This document shows, piece after piece, positions 30,246 through 39,724 of a DNA stretch of 58,618 nucleotides (the stretch's first letter is position 1; the number at the start of each line of letters is the position of its first letter). The translations under genes and the position numbers were made by a program. This DNA is from an uncultured bacterium (lineage in GTDB: Bacteria; Chlamydiota; Chlamydiia; Chlamydiales; SM23-39). The DNA lies in the NCBI GenBank assembly GCA_964630875.1, contig CAZVXF010000008.1:1-58618 (forward strand), in the 5' to 3' direction. Under the pieces are notes generated by a model. It ran no database searches, was not told where the DNA came from, and saw only the letters and a list, made by a program, of their open reading frames with translations.

Positions 30246-31159
30246 TTCGAGACACTCTAGAACTTCTAAAAGAAGAATCGACCATTTTAGCATCGCAAGA
30301 AGATGCGCAGTATTTTCGAACAATTCTCAAAAAATCGATTCTAGCTCCGGTAGTTATTCCATCGATCAAAAAAAAAGTTGCGCAAGACACGGAAACTGCA
30401 CAAATTTCAAGTCTAGAGCAAGCAACCGTTGCCTATGGACAAGACGCGAATGAAGACAAAAAAATTGTTGCAGAATTGCCACAGTCAGACTCAACTGTAT
30501 TTTTGATCAATGGTTCTACGCAAACTCCAAAAGTCAATCAACTGGTTGTTTTAGAAGTGGCGCCAAAAATCACTGTTCATCAAGAACCACCTGCACTGCC
30601 TCCTTCGATCCCACCGAAAAAAACACAAGATGTTCCTCTAGTTGCTTGGAGAAGCGAGTCAACAATTTCTATAGAGCCAGTCAATTTTTCTCATTTAAAA
30701 GCAATCTATCAAAGACTCTTTCCTCAGATGCCTTTGATTCAGACAACCCCAGCAGATGATCAGGCAAAAAAAATTGCCAATCGATGGAAAACAAAAAATC
30801 AAGCTGCACCGATATCGATTTTATACTTTAGTGAACCTGGCCCCCAAAAAGAACTTTTGATAGCAATCACTAAAGCAATCGATGTCTACTTTGGTCCCGC
30901 ACGCTTAATTCAAGCAGAGACCATAGAAAAAGAAAAACAATGGGAAACATTTCTCTCGAGTTCAGCGCTCAAACTCGTGATTGCTTGCGATTATACTCTG
31001 TGGCAGTTGACTGATCTGATGCAATATTTTAAAGAAAAGCCTTCAAGAACCCTTAAAAATGTTCCTCTTTTTCTTTTGCCTGACCTATCGTTATATCTAA
31101 AAGATCCATCATTGAAAAGATCGCTGTGGAAAGCGATTCAGAGAAACGTATGTTCGTAA
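30227..31159 (+). CDS. Conserved chlamydial hypothetical protein upstream of priA, carrying an in-frame MITE
   Basis: C-terminal YLKDPSLKRSLWKAI; overlaps the priA start. Confidence 0.75.
   Translation: MSYASLIRDTLELLKEESTILASQEDAQYFRTILKKSILAPVVIPSIKKKVAQDTETAQISSLEQATVAYGQDANEDKKIVAELPQSDSTVFLINGSTQTPKVNQLVVLEVAPKITVHQEPPALPPSIPPKKTQDVPLVAWRSESTISIEPVNFSHLKAIYQRLFPQMPLIQTTPADDQAKKIANRWKTKNQAAPISILYFSEPGPQKELLIAITKAIDVYFGPARLIQAETIEKEKQWETFLSSSALKLVIACDYTLWQLTDLMQYFKEKPSRTLKNVPLFLLPDLSLYLKDPSLKRSLWKAIQRNVCS
30355..30518 (+). mobile_element. ERIC-like palindromic MITE, copy 2, in frame within a CDS
   Basis: CCATCGATCAAAAAAAAAGTTG...CAACTGTATTTTTGATCAATGG inverted ends (19/22); family motifs GACACGGAA...CACAGTC and CAAGACGCGAATGAAGAC. 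Confidence 0.72.
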
Positions 31160-33321
31160 CTGTTTATCTAGATCAGAGTTTGCAAAAACCTCTTGATTAC
31201 GCAGTTCCAAAGGACACGATCGTCCAAGTAGGAATGAGAGTTGAAGTACCTTTAAAGACGCGCACTGCAAAAGGAACAATTGCGACCATCAAAACCCATT
31301 CTAGCTTTTCTGAGGTAAAAGAGATCATTCGAGTTCTTTCTCCTCAAGGAGAACTTTCAGCTAGCCAGTGGAAACTTGCTGAATGGATGTCGCATTACTA
31401 CGCAACTTCTCTTCAAAAAGTACTCAAATGTTTTATCCCCCCGAATATTCGACGGGACGTAAAAGAGAAAAGCCAGAAGTTGTTCACACTTGCAAAAACG
31501 CACAAAGAAACGTTGGAAGAATGTAGCCATTTACGGATTCAAAGCCCAAAACAAGCAGATGTTCTCGAGCTTCTGCTGCAATTTCCAAAAGGAGTCTTTT
31601 TTTCTCATATCAAAGAAAAGATTTCGGTCAGCGCTTTGCAAACTCTTGTGAAAAAAAAATGGATTCAAGAGCAAAATCTTCCCTTCAGCGATATTCTAGA
31701 AGAGGAATTCTTCCCATCATCACCTAAAACTTTAAACGAAGAGCAGGAAAAAACGCTCGATTCCATTCGAGAAAATCTAGACAAGAAAATTTTTTCAGCT
31801 CATCTGATTTATGGAATCACAGGAAGCGGAAAAACAGAAGTCTATTTACAAGCTATCGCAAAGGCCTTGGAACTGGGTAAAAGCGCGATGCTGCTTGTTC
31901 CTGAGGTTGCGCTTACCTCACAAACAATTGAGCGATTTAAAGCCCGTTTCCCTCATAAAATTGCCATACTTCATCACAAAAGAAGTCTTGGAGAGAGAAC
32001 GACTGCTTGGGAGGATTTGCGCTCTGGCAAAATTCAGATTGTCGTAGGTGCGCGCTCTGCCATTTTTTGTCCTATCCAAAATTTGGGGTTGATCATTATT
32101 GACGAAGAGCACGATGGCTCTTACAAACAAAGCGATGAAATGCCCTGTTATCAGGGAAGAGATGTGGCCGTCATGCGCGCCCATTTTGAGAACTGCTGCG
32201 TTATTTTAGGAAGCGCAACGCCGTCGATCGAATCCCGCTATAACGCAAAGCTTGGGAAATACCATCTTCATGAATTGCGCGCTCGTGCTACGAAAGCAAC
32301 TCTTCCCAAAGTCCACATCATCGATATGAAAATGGCAATGGAGCGCAATGGTGGATTCACCCATTTTTCAAGCGAACTTCTCAATGCTATGAAAGATCGA
32401 CTTGAAAAAGGAGAACAAACACTTTTGCTTCTGAATAAGCGAGGGTTTCATCGAATGCAACTATGCAAAAGTTGCCGTAGCATTGTGAAATGTCCGCATT
32501 GCGATCTATCCCTTACATTTCATCGAGAAGCAAACCTTCTCAAATGCCATTTTTGCAACTATGGACTTCCCCCTTATCGCGATTGTCCATCCTGCCACAA
32601 ACCAGAACTCGAATTTAAAGGATTTGGAACAGAACATGTAGAGCGCTCTTTGCATGCTATTTTGCCGAATGTTCGCACTCTGAGAATGGATCGAGATACG
32701 ATCCAAAAAAAACACGATCATGAAGAAATTTTTAAACAATTTCGCGCTCACAAAGCAGACGTACTGATTGGGACTCAAATGATTGCAAAAGGCTTTCATT
32801 TCCCATCTGTCACTCTGGTGGGCATCTTGAACATCGATGCATCCTTGACCATTCCTGATTTTCGCTCTCCTGAACACGTATTTCAACTGTTGATTCAAGT
32901 CGCAGGACGTGCCGGCCGCGCTGAAATCCCAGGCGAAGTCTACTTACAAACCTTTATGCCCGATCATCCAGTCATCAAAAAAGCACAGATGCAAGACTAT
33001 GACGCATTTTATAATGATGAAATTGAAGAAAGAAAATCATTCAATTATCCACCATTTTCACATCTAGCAAAACTCACTTTCTCCGATACAAATTCTGAGA
33101 TCGCTCAAAGAAATGCAGAAAATGCTCATGCATTTCTCAAAAAAGAACTCCCTTCAACTGCACAGATCTTCCCTGTAGTCCCAGCGGGTCACCCAAAAAT
33201 CAAAGATCTTTATCGTTTCCAAATACTGATCAAAACACCTAAAATCGGAAACATCGCAAATATATTGCAGAATATCCAAGGCGCAAAAATTGACACAGAT
33301 CCCAACTCTACATTCTTCTAA
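31150..33321 (+). CDS. priA: Primosomal protein N'
   Basis: GITGSGKTEVY, DEEH, four CxxC, GTQMIAKG and QVAGRAGR. Confidence 0.97.
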   Translation: MFVTVYLDQSLQKPLDYAVPKDTIVQVGMRVEVPLKTRTAKGTIATIKTHSSFSEVKEIIRVLSPQGELSASQWKLAEWMSHYYATSLQKVLKCFIPPNIRRDVKEKSQKLFTLAKTHKETLEECSHLRIQSPKQADVLELLLQFPKGVFFSHIKEKISVSALQTLVKKKWIQEQNLPFSDILEEEFFPSSPKTLNEEQEKTLDSIRENLDKKIFSAHLIYGITGSGKTEVYLQAIAKALELGKSAMLLVPEVALTSQTIERFKARFPHKIAILHHKRSLGERTTAWEDLRSGKIQIVVGARSAIFCPIQNLGLIIIDEEHDGSYKQSDEMPCYQGRDVAVMRAHFENCCVILGSATPSIESRYNAKLGKYHLHELRARATKATLPKVHIIDMKMAMERNGGFTHFSSELLNAMKDRLEKGEQTLLLLNKRGFHRMQLCKSCRSIVKCPHCDLSLTFHREANLLKCHFCNYGLPPYRDCPSCHKPELEFKGFGTEHVERSLHAILPNVRTLRMDRDTIQKKHDHEEIFKQFRAHKADVLIGTQMIAKGFHFPSVTLVGILNIDASLTIPDFRSPEHVFQLLIQVAGRAGRAEIPGEVYLQTFMPDHPVIKKAQMQDYDAFYNDEIEERKSFNYPPFSHLAKLTFSDTNSEIAQRNAENAHAFLKKELPSTAQIFPVVPAGHPKIKDLYRFQILIKTPKIGNIANILQNIQGAKIDTDPNSTFF

Positions 33322-34294
33322 AGGGTACGCAGCTTTTGACCCAGGACATGAACTCCAACCGTTCGCATACAATTTACCAGAATTACAACCTCATGAGATT
33401 CTTGTAAAAATTTCTCACTGCGGACTTTGCCATACCGATCTTTATATGATCAATAATGATTGGAAGCGATCCTCCTATCCCCTTGTTCCTGGGCATGAAA
33501 TTATCGGCCACGTTGTAGAAAAAGGAGCTCTTGCTACCCAAAATATGAACGATCGTGTCGGTGTAGGATGGATTCATTCTACGTGTCAACAGTGTCATGA
33601 ATGCAGATCGGGTCAACCAAATATCTGTCTCAATAAAACATCCACCTATTCTCAAGGACGCTTTGGTGGCTTTGCAACACACATGATTGCAGATAGTCGA
33701 TTTTCTTTTCTGATTCCAGAAAAGCTAGATTCCGCACATGCAGCGCCCCTTCTTTGTGCGGGTTCAACCGTATATGCACCTTTGACACGATACGAAATGC
33801 AACAAGTCGCAGTGATTGGAATAGGCGGTCTTGGGCATTTAGCGATTCAATTTGCAAATGCATTAGGGTATGAAGTATCAGCTCTCTCTCATTCCACATC
33901 CAAAGAAAAAGATGCCCATTTATTAGGAGCCGCATCTTTTTACACATTCCAAAATCCACCCAAACCTTTGTCATTTGATTTTATTCTCTGCACTGGGGAT
34001 GCTCCATTGGACTGGAACCAAATCCTTACATTCTTAAAACCCAACGGAATTCTGTGTTTTGTCAGCCGACCACCTGAAGGTATTACATTTGACCCAAAGA
34101 ATCTTGTATCCGCACAAAGAACAATCTGCGGAAGTAATAACGCAAGCATCGAAGAAATGAAAGAAATGCTCTCCTTTGCTGCTGAAAATAACATTCGTCC
34201 TTGGATTGAAGAGCTGCCGCTTTCACAGATCAATTTAGCAATCGAAAAGCTGAAAAAAAATGAAGCTCGCTATCGCATTGTTTGTAAAATATGA
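33290..34294 (+). CDS. Zn-dependent NAD(P) alcohol dehydrogenase (CAD-like)
   Basis: CGLCHTD, GHE, CQQCHEC, APLLCAG and GIGGLG. Confidence 0.93.
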   Translation: MTQIPTLHSSKGYAAFDPGHELQPFAYNLPELQPHEILVKISHCGLCHTDLYMINNDWKRSSYPLVPGHEIIGHVVEKGALATQNMNDRVGVGWIHSTCQQCHECRSGQPNICLNKTSTYSQGRFGGFATHMIADSRFSFLIPEKLDSAHAAPLLCAGSTVYAPLTRYEMQQVAVIGIGGLGHLAIQFANALGYEVSALSHSTSKEKDAHLLGAASFYTFQNPPKPLSFDFILCTGDAPLDWNQILTFLKPNGILCFVSRPPEGITFDPKNLVSAQRTICGSNNASIEEMKEMLSFAAENNIRPWIEELPLSQINLAIEKLKKNEARYRIVCKI

Positions 34295-34305
34295 TGCAAT
34301 TGAGG

Positions 34306-36360
34306 TTAAGAAACTACGCTACCAGCAGGTAGTCCTTGGATCTGCGGAAGCTCTAGCAATGAGCCAAAGTGAGAAGCGAGAATCATGCCGCGACTTTCAA
34401 TGCCCATGATCGTTGCTGGAGCAAGATTGGCGACAAGAACCACTTTCTTTCCAATGAGATGTTCAGGTTCATAATGCTGAGCAATGCCCGAGACGATCGT
34501 TCTTTTTTCAAAGCCAAGATCTACAAGAAGTTTGAGTAATTTCTTGGATTTGGGAACTTTTGTGGCTTCAAGAACTTGTGCGACGCGAAGATCAAGTGTT
34601 TCAAATTGATCAAAGTTAATCGATGGCTTTTGAGTTTCGTATATCGGTTCTGCAACAGGAAATTCAGTTTTCACGACAACCTCTTTGTGTAAGGCCTTCG
34701 ACTTTCCAAGTTTTTCGATCTGCTCTGCGATTTCCTCATCTTCCACTTTTCGGAAAATAACGGAAGGTTCAGGAAGCTTTTGATGGGCCTGTACTTCCCT
34801 ATCTCGGATGTTTGCCCAGTTATCGATTATTGTCGTAAAACCGAGTTGATTCCAGATTTTTTGGGCTGCATCTGGAATGATTGGGAAAGAGATCAGAGCA
34901 AGCGCTTGAATACACTGAATACAGCAATACAATGTTGTTTCTAACTCTTTGCGTTGATCCGGATTTTTGGCTAAAGCCCAAGGTTTTCGATGTTCAAAGT
35001 AGCCATTTCCTGCTTGCGCAAGTTCCATCAAAATTTGCGTTGCTTTGCGCACATGGAAATTCGCAAATGCCTCTTCTGCCTGATCGACGAGTTTGCGAAT
35101 ATCGGCTAAAAACGCTTGATCTCTTTCTTGAAGCTCATTTTTTGGAGGAACAGTTGAAGAGCAGTGTTGTTTTGCGAACACAAGTACGCGATGAACAAAA
35201 TTCCCGAATTTGCCAAGAAGCTCTGCATTGCAGCGCATTTGAAAATCTTTCCAATTAAACTCAGCATCCGCGGTTTCTGGTGCATTTGCAGCAATTGTAT
35301 AACGCGCTTGATCCGGTGTGTATTTCGAGAAGAAATCATCCATATCAATTGTCCAACCATCGGATTTTGAGAATTGACGCCCTTCAAGCATGAAGAATTC
35401 GTTGGCGGGGAGTTGATCTGGAAGTTTATAGCGAATCTTTTGACCCATTAACATTGCTGGGAAAAAGACGGCATGAAAAGGAATGTTATCTTTGCCTAAA
35501 AATTGGACAAGCTCGGTCTCTTGTGACAACCAATAATCCTTCCACTTTTCTGGTTTTCCGATTTTTTGCGCCCAATCTTGTGTCGCAGAAATATAGCCAA
35601 TCGGAGCATCAAACCATACGTAAAAGACTTTCCCCGGCATTCCAGGAACTGGGATTCCCCAATCAGAGTCACGTGTAATTGCGCGCATTTTTAAATCATT
35701 GATGTAGCTCATCGCGAAGCGAACCACATTTTCTTTCCAATGTTTTGTCTCAATCCACTTTTTTAATTGATCCTTAAAGAGATCAAAACGGAGATAGAGA
35801 TGTTCGCTGGGTCGAACTGTCAGTGGATAGCCAGTTAATTTTGAACGTGGATTTTTTAGATCGGTAGCTTCATAAGAAGCAGCGCATCTCTGACATTCGT
35901 CTCCCCTTGCCTCTTCAAAACCGCATCTCGGGCAAGTTCCTACCACATAACGATCGGCGAGAAACCGATTCTCAGATTCAGAGAAAAGATGATTTTCTGT
36001 TTTTGCAACGATAAAGCCGTTTTCTTCTAACGCATGGAAAAAACTTTGGGTCGTCGCAACATGGCCCGGCCAAGTAGTCCGACTAAAGTGGTCAAAAGAA
36101 ATATGCAGTTTTTCAAAGAAATTTTTATTGATTGCATGGAAAATATCGACGTGTTCTTTGGGGGTGCGTTTTGCAAGATCCGCACTCAGTGTAATTGCAA
36201 CTCCATGCTCATCAGAACCGCAAATGTAAAGAACATCATTCCCGCGAAGTCTCTCAAAACGAGCATAGCAATCCCCGGGTAAATAAGCTCCTGCTAGATG
36301 GCCGAAATGCTGCGGGCCATTTGCATATGGAAGAGCTGCTGTAATGAGAATTCTTCTCAT
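34306..36360 (-). CDS. metG: Methionine-tRNA ligase with C-terminal tRNA-binding domain
   Basis: ALPYANGPQHFGH, Zn knuckle, YVWFDAPIGY and FSKS. Confidence 0.97.
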   Translation of the reverse strand: MRRILITAALPYANGPQHFGHLAGAYLPGDCYARFERLRGNDVLYICGSDEHGVAITLSADLAKRTPKEHVDIFHAINKNFFEKLHISFDHFSRTTWPGHVATTQSFFHALEENGFIVAKTENHLFSESENRFLADRYVVGTCPRCGFEEARGDECQRCAASYEATDLKNPRSKLTGYPLTVRPSEHLYLRFDLFKDQLKKWIETKHWKENVVRFAMSYINDLKMRAITRDSDWGIPVPGMPGKVFYVWFDAPIGYISATQDWAQKIGKPEKWKDYWLSQETELVQFLGKDNIPFHAVFFPAMLMGQKIRYKLPDQLPANEFFMLEGRQFSKSDGWTIDMDDFFSKYTPDQARYTIAANAPETADAEFNWKDFQMRCNAELLGKFGNFVHRVLVFAKQHCSSTVPPKNELQERDQAFLADIRKLVDQAEEAFANFHVRKATQILMELAQAGNGYFEHRKPWALAKNPDQRKELETTLYCCIQCIQALALISFPIIPDAAQKIWNQLGFTTIIDNWANIRDREVQAHQKLPEPSVIFRKVEDEEIAEQIEKLGKSKALHKEVVVKTEFPVAEPIYETQKPSINFDQFETLDLRVAQVLEATKVPKSKKLLKLLVDLGFEKRTIVSGIAQHYEPEHLIGKKVVLVANLAPATIMGIESRGMILASHFGSLLELPQIQGLPAGSVVS

Positions 36361-36524
36361 TTCTCGGCTTCTCTTTCCTCAACGGTGTCAAGAATATTTC
36401 TTAACGTTGTTTGGGGATTTTTCATGATCTCATTTCTTCCAACATGAATGGCAAAATTGCAAAGATCGAAATTATTTTTGAATTTCTTTCTCAAAGCTTC
36501 GGTTGTGACTGAATCATCTCTCAT
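36357..36524 (-). CDS. rpoZ: Putative RNA polymerase omega subunit (55 aa; absent from the ORF track)
   Basis: MRDDSVTTEALRKKFKNNFDLCNFAIHVGRNEIMKNPQTTLRNILDTVEEREAEK; GAGGT ribosome-binding site; directly after gmk; ATGA overlap with metG. Confidence 0.75.
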   Translation of the reverse strand: MRDDSVTTEALRKKFKNNFDLCNFAIHVGRNEIMKNPQTTLRNILDTVEEREAEK

Positions 36525-36587
36525 AAAAATACCTCAAGCAATAGATCGTACTACAACTAAGAGTCTTAGTACAAGAAAAAACTGCGG

Positions 36588-37154
36588 TTATAATCTATGG
36601 GTTTCGGCGATCACGATCGATCGAAGTACATCGTATGCATGATCTAAGCGATCATTCACTATCTCATAGTCATATGCATCAATACACTTCATCTCTTTTT
36701 CAGCCCATAAAAGCCTCTCAGAGATTGCTTCGCTACTTTCAGATTTGCGAGCCAGCAATCTTTCTTTCAAAACTTCCATGCTCGGAGGGCGGATAAAAAT
36801 AAACACAGCATCGATCTTGTCCTTGAGCAATTTTGCGCCTTGCGTGTCAATAACGAAGACAATATGATTGCCGATTTTCTGTTCATCTTCAAAGAATTTT
36901 CGTGAAGTTCCGTAATAATTGCCAAATACTTTCGCGTATTCTAAAAATTCACCATTCGCAATTTTATCAACAAATTCTTGATGCGTAATAAAATAATAAT
37001 CCTTACCTGGAATTTCCTGAGCCCTTGGCTTACGCGTGGTGTAAGATACGCTCTCAATAATATGCGGAAATTCATCTTGCAGCATGCGAACAAGCGTTGT
37101 CTTGCCAGTTCCGGCTGGCGCACTCACAACAAAAATAATCCCTTTCTTTCTCAT
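36588..37154 (-). CDS. gmk: Guanylate kinase
   Basis: SAPAGTGKTT, SYTTRKPR and YYGT. Confidence 0.96.
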   Translation of the reverse strand: MRKKGIIFVVSAPAGTGKTTLVRMLQDEFPHIIESVSYTTRKPRAQEIPGKDYYFITHQEFVDKIANGEFLEYAKVFGNYYGTSRKFFEDEQKIGNHIVFVIDTQGAKLLKDKIDAVFIFIRPPSMEVLKERLLARKSESSEAISERLLWAEKEMKCIDAYDYEIVNDRLDHAYDVLRSIVIAETHRL

Positions 37155-38029
37155 TATTCGATATTTTGGCTCTGTTCCCGAATTTTTTCAATCTCGCTTT
37201 TCATGTCCACAACTAAATTTGAAATTTGCGCATCCGCTGATTTGGAACCAATAGTGTTTGTTTCTCGAGACATTTCTTGGATGATAAACTCCAATTTTCT
37301 TCCGATACTTCCTTTCACTAAAAGGGATTCTGCAAACTGAACAAAATGAGATTTTAAACGAGTGATTTCTTCTGAGATATCAATTTTTTCAGCAAAAAAA
37401 GCGGCTTCTTTCATGATTCGATCATCGAGCGACGGGTCTTGGGGCAATAAACTTTTCATCTTCTCTTGAAGTTTTTGGCGCATTTTCTCAATGGCTGCCG
37501 GCGCTAGAGCCTCAATCGAAGAGACCATTTTTTGTAACATTTTTAATCTGTGACTCACATCTTTGACAAGCGCTTTTCCCTCTTCATTTTTCATCCGAAG
37601 AAGTGCTGTGAGAGCATCCCCCACACATTTTTGCAAAATCGAAAGATCTTCTTCTTTTAAAAGGTCATTTTTTTGGATAGATGGCACATTTGCAATCAAA
37701 AAAGAGAGGTCGATTGTATTCGGATCCATCTTCAACTGTTTTGCAATATTTTCCCAAGCTTCCTTCAAACTCTTTAGAGTTTCAACATCTGGAAGAAGGT
37801 TTGAGAGAATTTCGCTGGATGGTATCCATTGCACGCGAACTGTTATCTGACCGCGCTGGACTTTCTCAGCAACCCATTTTCGAATTTCATTTTCAAAGCG
37901 GGAGAGTTCCTTTGGCAAAGTTGTATTGACTTCAAAAAACTTCCGATTGAGCGACTGTATTTCGACAATCAAACGGCCAAAAGGAGCATCGATAATCCCC
38001 CTTCCAAATCCAGTCATACTTGTTGTCAT
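37154..38029 (-). CDS. yicC: YicC/YloC family endoribonuclease
   Basis: SMTGFGR, EEITRLKSH, RETNTIGSK and REQSQNIE. Confidence 0.92.
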   Translation of the reverse strand: MTTSMTGFGRGIIDAPFGRLIVEIQSLNRKFFEVNTTLPKELSRFENEIRKWVAEKVQRGQITVRVQWIPSSEILSNLLPDVETLKSLKEAWENIAKQLKMDPNTIDLSFLIANVPSIQKNDLLKEEDLSILQKCVGDALTALLRMKNEEGKALVKDVSHRLKMLQKMVSSIEALAPAAIEKMRQKLQEKMKSLLPQDPSLDDRIMKEAAFFAEKIDISEEITRLKSHFVQFAESLLVKGSIGRKLEFIIQEMSRETNTIGSKSADAQISNLVVDMKSEIEKIREQSQNIE

Positions 38030-38059
38030 AAAAATCCCTATTCTGCAATCTTAGACTGT

Positions 38060-39694
38060 ATGGCAACAAAATTCCAGGAATTTGTCCCAAAATCGTTTCT
38101 TTACTTTCGTAATTATCAATTTTCTACGTTCAAAAAAGATTTGATTGCAGGCATTACTGTTGGCATTGTTGCCTTACCGCTCGCAATGGCTTTTGCCATT
38201 GCTTCTGGTGTCGAACCTGCTCGTGGTTTATATACAGCAATTGTTGCAGGATTTATCATTTCTCTCCTCGGAGGAAGCCGGATACAAATTGGTGGACCGA
38301 CGGGCGCTTTTGTCGTGATCATCTACGATATTGTCCAAAGAACGGGATATGCAGGACTTTGTGTTTCGACAATGATCGCGGCCGTTTTTCTTGTATTGCT
38401 CGGGTTATTTCGCATCGGTTCTTTGATCAAATTTATTCCTCATTCGCTCATAACCGGTTTTACGACGGGCATTGCGGTCATTATCTTTTCGACACAAATC
38501 AAAGAATTTTTTGGTTTACAGCTCGCAGTACCGGCATCGTTTGTCGATAAATGGACAGCCTATTTTCATGCTCTTCCGACTTTGGATGTATTCACATTTT
38601 CAGTCTCTTTTGCCACTCTAGGAATCATTCTTTTTGTGAGAAAGGTCTTTCCATCCATTCCCTGGGCTGTGTTTGCGATCTGTTTTTCTACACTTCTCAT
38701 TGCAATTTTCAAACTTCCCGTCGAAACGATTCAATCCCGTTTCGGAGAAATCCCAAAAAGTCTTCCCCTCCCCGATTTCGCAAATTTTTCGATTCCCGCA
38801 GGAATGTGGAAAGAATGTTTGACCGATGCGATTACCATTGCTTTCTTGGGAGGCATTGAGTCTCTCCTTTCCGCCGTCATAGGAGATGGAATGATTGGAG
38901 GAAGACATCGCTCCAATTGCGAACTCATTGCACAAGGAATTGCAAATGGTGGCTCTATTCTTTTCGGAGGAATCCCAGCAACTGGCGCGATTGCACGGAC
39001 CGCAACAAATGTAAAATCTGGTGCTCAAACTCCGATGGCAGGAATGATCCATTCCGTCACTTTATTCCTCATCATTCTTTTTCTTTCGCCGATTGTCAGC
39101 CAAATTCCGCTTGCAGCACTTTCCGCGGTATTGATGATGGTTGCCTGGAATATGAGCGAAATGCCTCATTTTATCCAAATCCTTCGAGGACCGATTGGAG
39201 ACAAGCTTGTTCTTATTGTCTCGTTTCTTCTGACGATTTTCGTCGATATCACAGTCGCAATTACGGTGGGCATGATTTTAGCAAGTTTTATTTTCATGAG
39301 ACAAATGAGCCAAGTTTCAAAAGTCACCCCCATCTCTCATCTTTTCGAAGAGAACAATTTAGAAAAAAAAATGCCTATACATTTTCCGGAAGATGTGCAA
39401 GTCTATGAAATACAAGGACCTTTTTTCTTTGGGACAGCCAATCTGCTTCGAGACTCGCTTCAATCGACAACCGCTTTGCCTAAAAAATTTATTTTAAGGC
39501 TCAAGAATGTGCCTATGATTGATGCATCGGGAATTCATGCTTTAAAAGAATTTTATCATGTTTGTGAGAAGAAAAAGATCACATTATACCTGACTGAAAT
39601 TCAGGAGCATTCCAGAAAAGATCTCGAAAAATTTGGCCTCTTGAAAATGATTGGAGAAAATCACATTTTATCTTCTTTAAAAGATGCTATTTAA
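38060..39694 (+). CDS. SulP/SLC26 anion transporter with STAS domain
   Basis: DLIAGITVGIVALPLAMAFAIASG, GGPTGAF and GPFFFG. Confidence 0.95.
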   Translation: MATKFQEFVPKSFLYFRNYQFSTFKKDLIAGITVGIVALPLAMAFAIASGVEPARGLYTAIVAGFIISLLGGSRIQIGGPTGAFVVIIYDIVQRTGYAGLCVSTMIAAVFLVLLGLFRIGSLIKFIPHSLITGFTTGIAVIIFSTQIKEFFGLQLAVPASFVDKWTAYFHALPTLDVFTFSVSFATLGIILFVRKVFPSIPWAVFAICFSTLLIAIFKLPVETIQSRFGEIPKSLPLPDFANFSIPAGMWKECLTDAITIAFLGGIESLLSAVIGDGMIGGRHRSNCELIAQGIANGGSILFGGIPATGAIARTATNVKSGAQTPMAGMIHSVTLFLIILFLSPIVSQIPLAALSAVLMMVAWNMSEMPHFIQILRGPIGDKLVLIVSFLLTIFVDITVAITVGMILASFIFMRQMSQVSKVTPISHLFEENNLEKKMPIHFPEDVQVYEIQGPFFFGTANLLRDSLQSTTALPKKFILRLKNVPMIDASGIHALKEFYHVCEKKKITLYLTEIQEHSRKDLEKFGLLKMIGENHILSSLKDAI

Positions 39695-39724
39695 ATTCAT
39701 AATTACTCTATAATATCCGATGAA

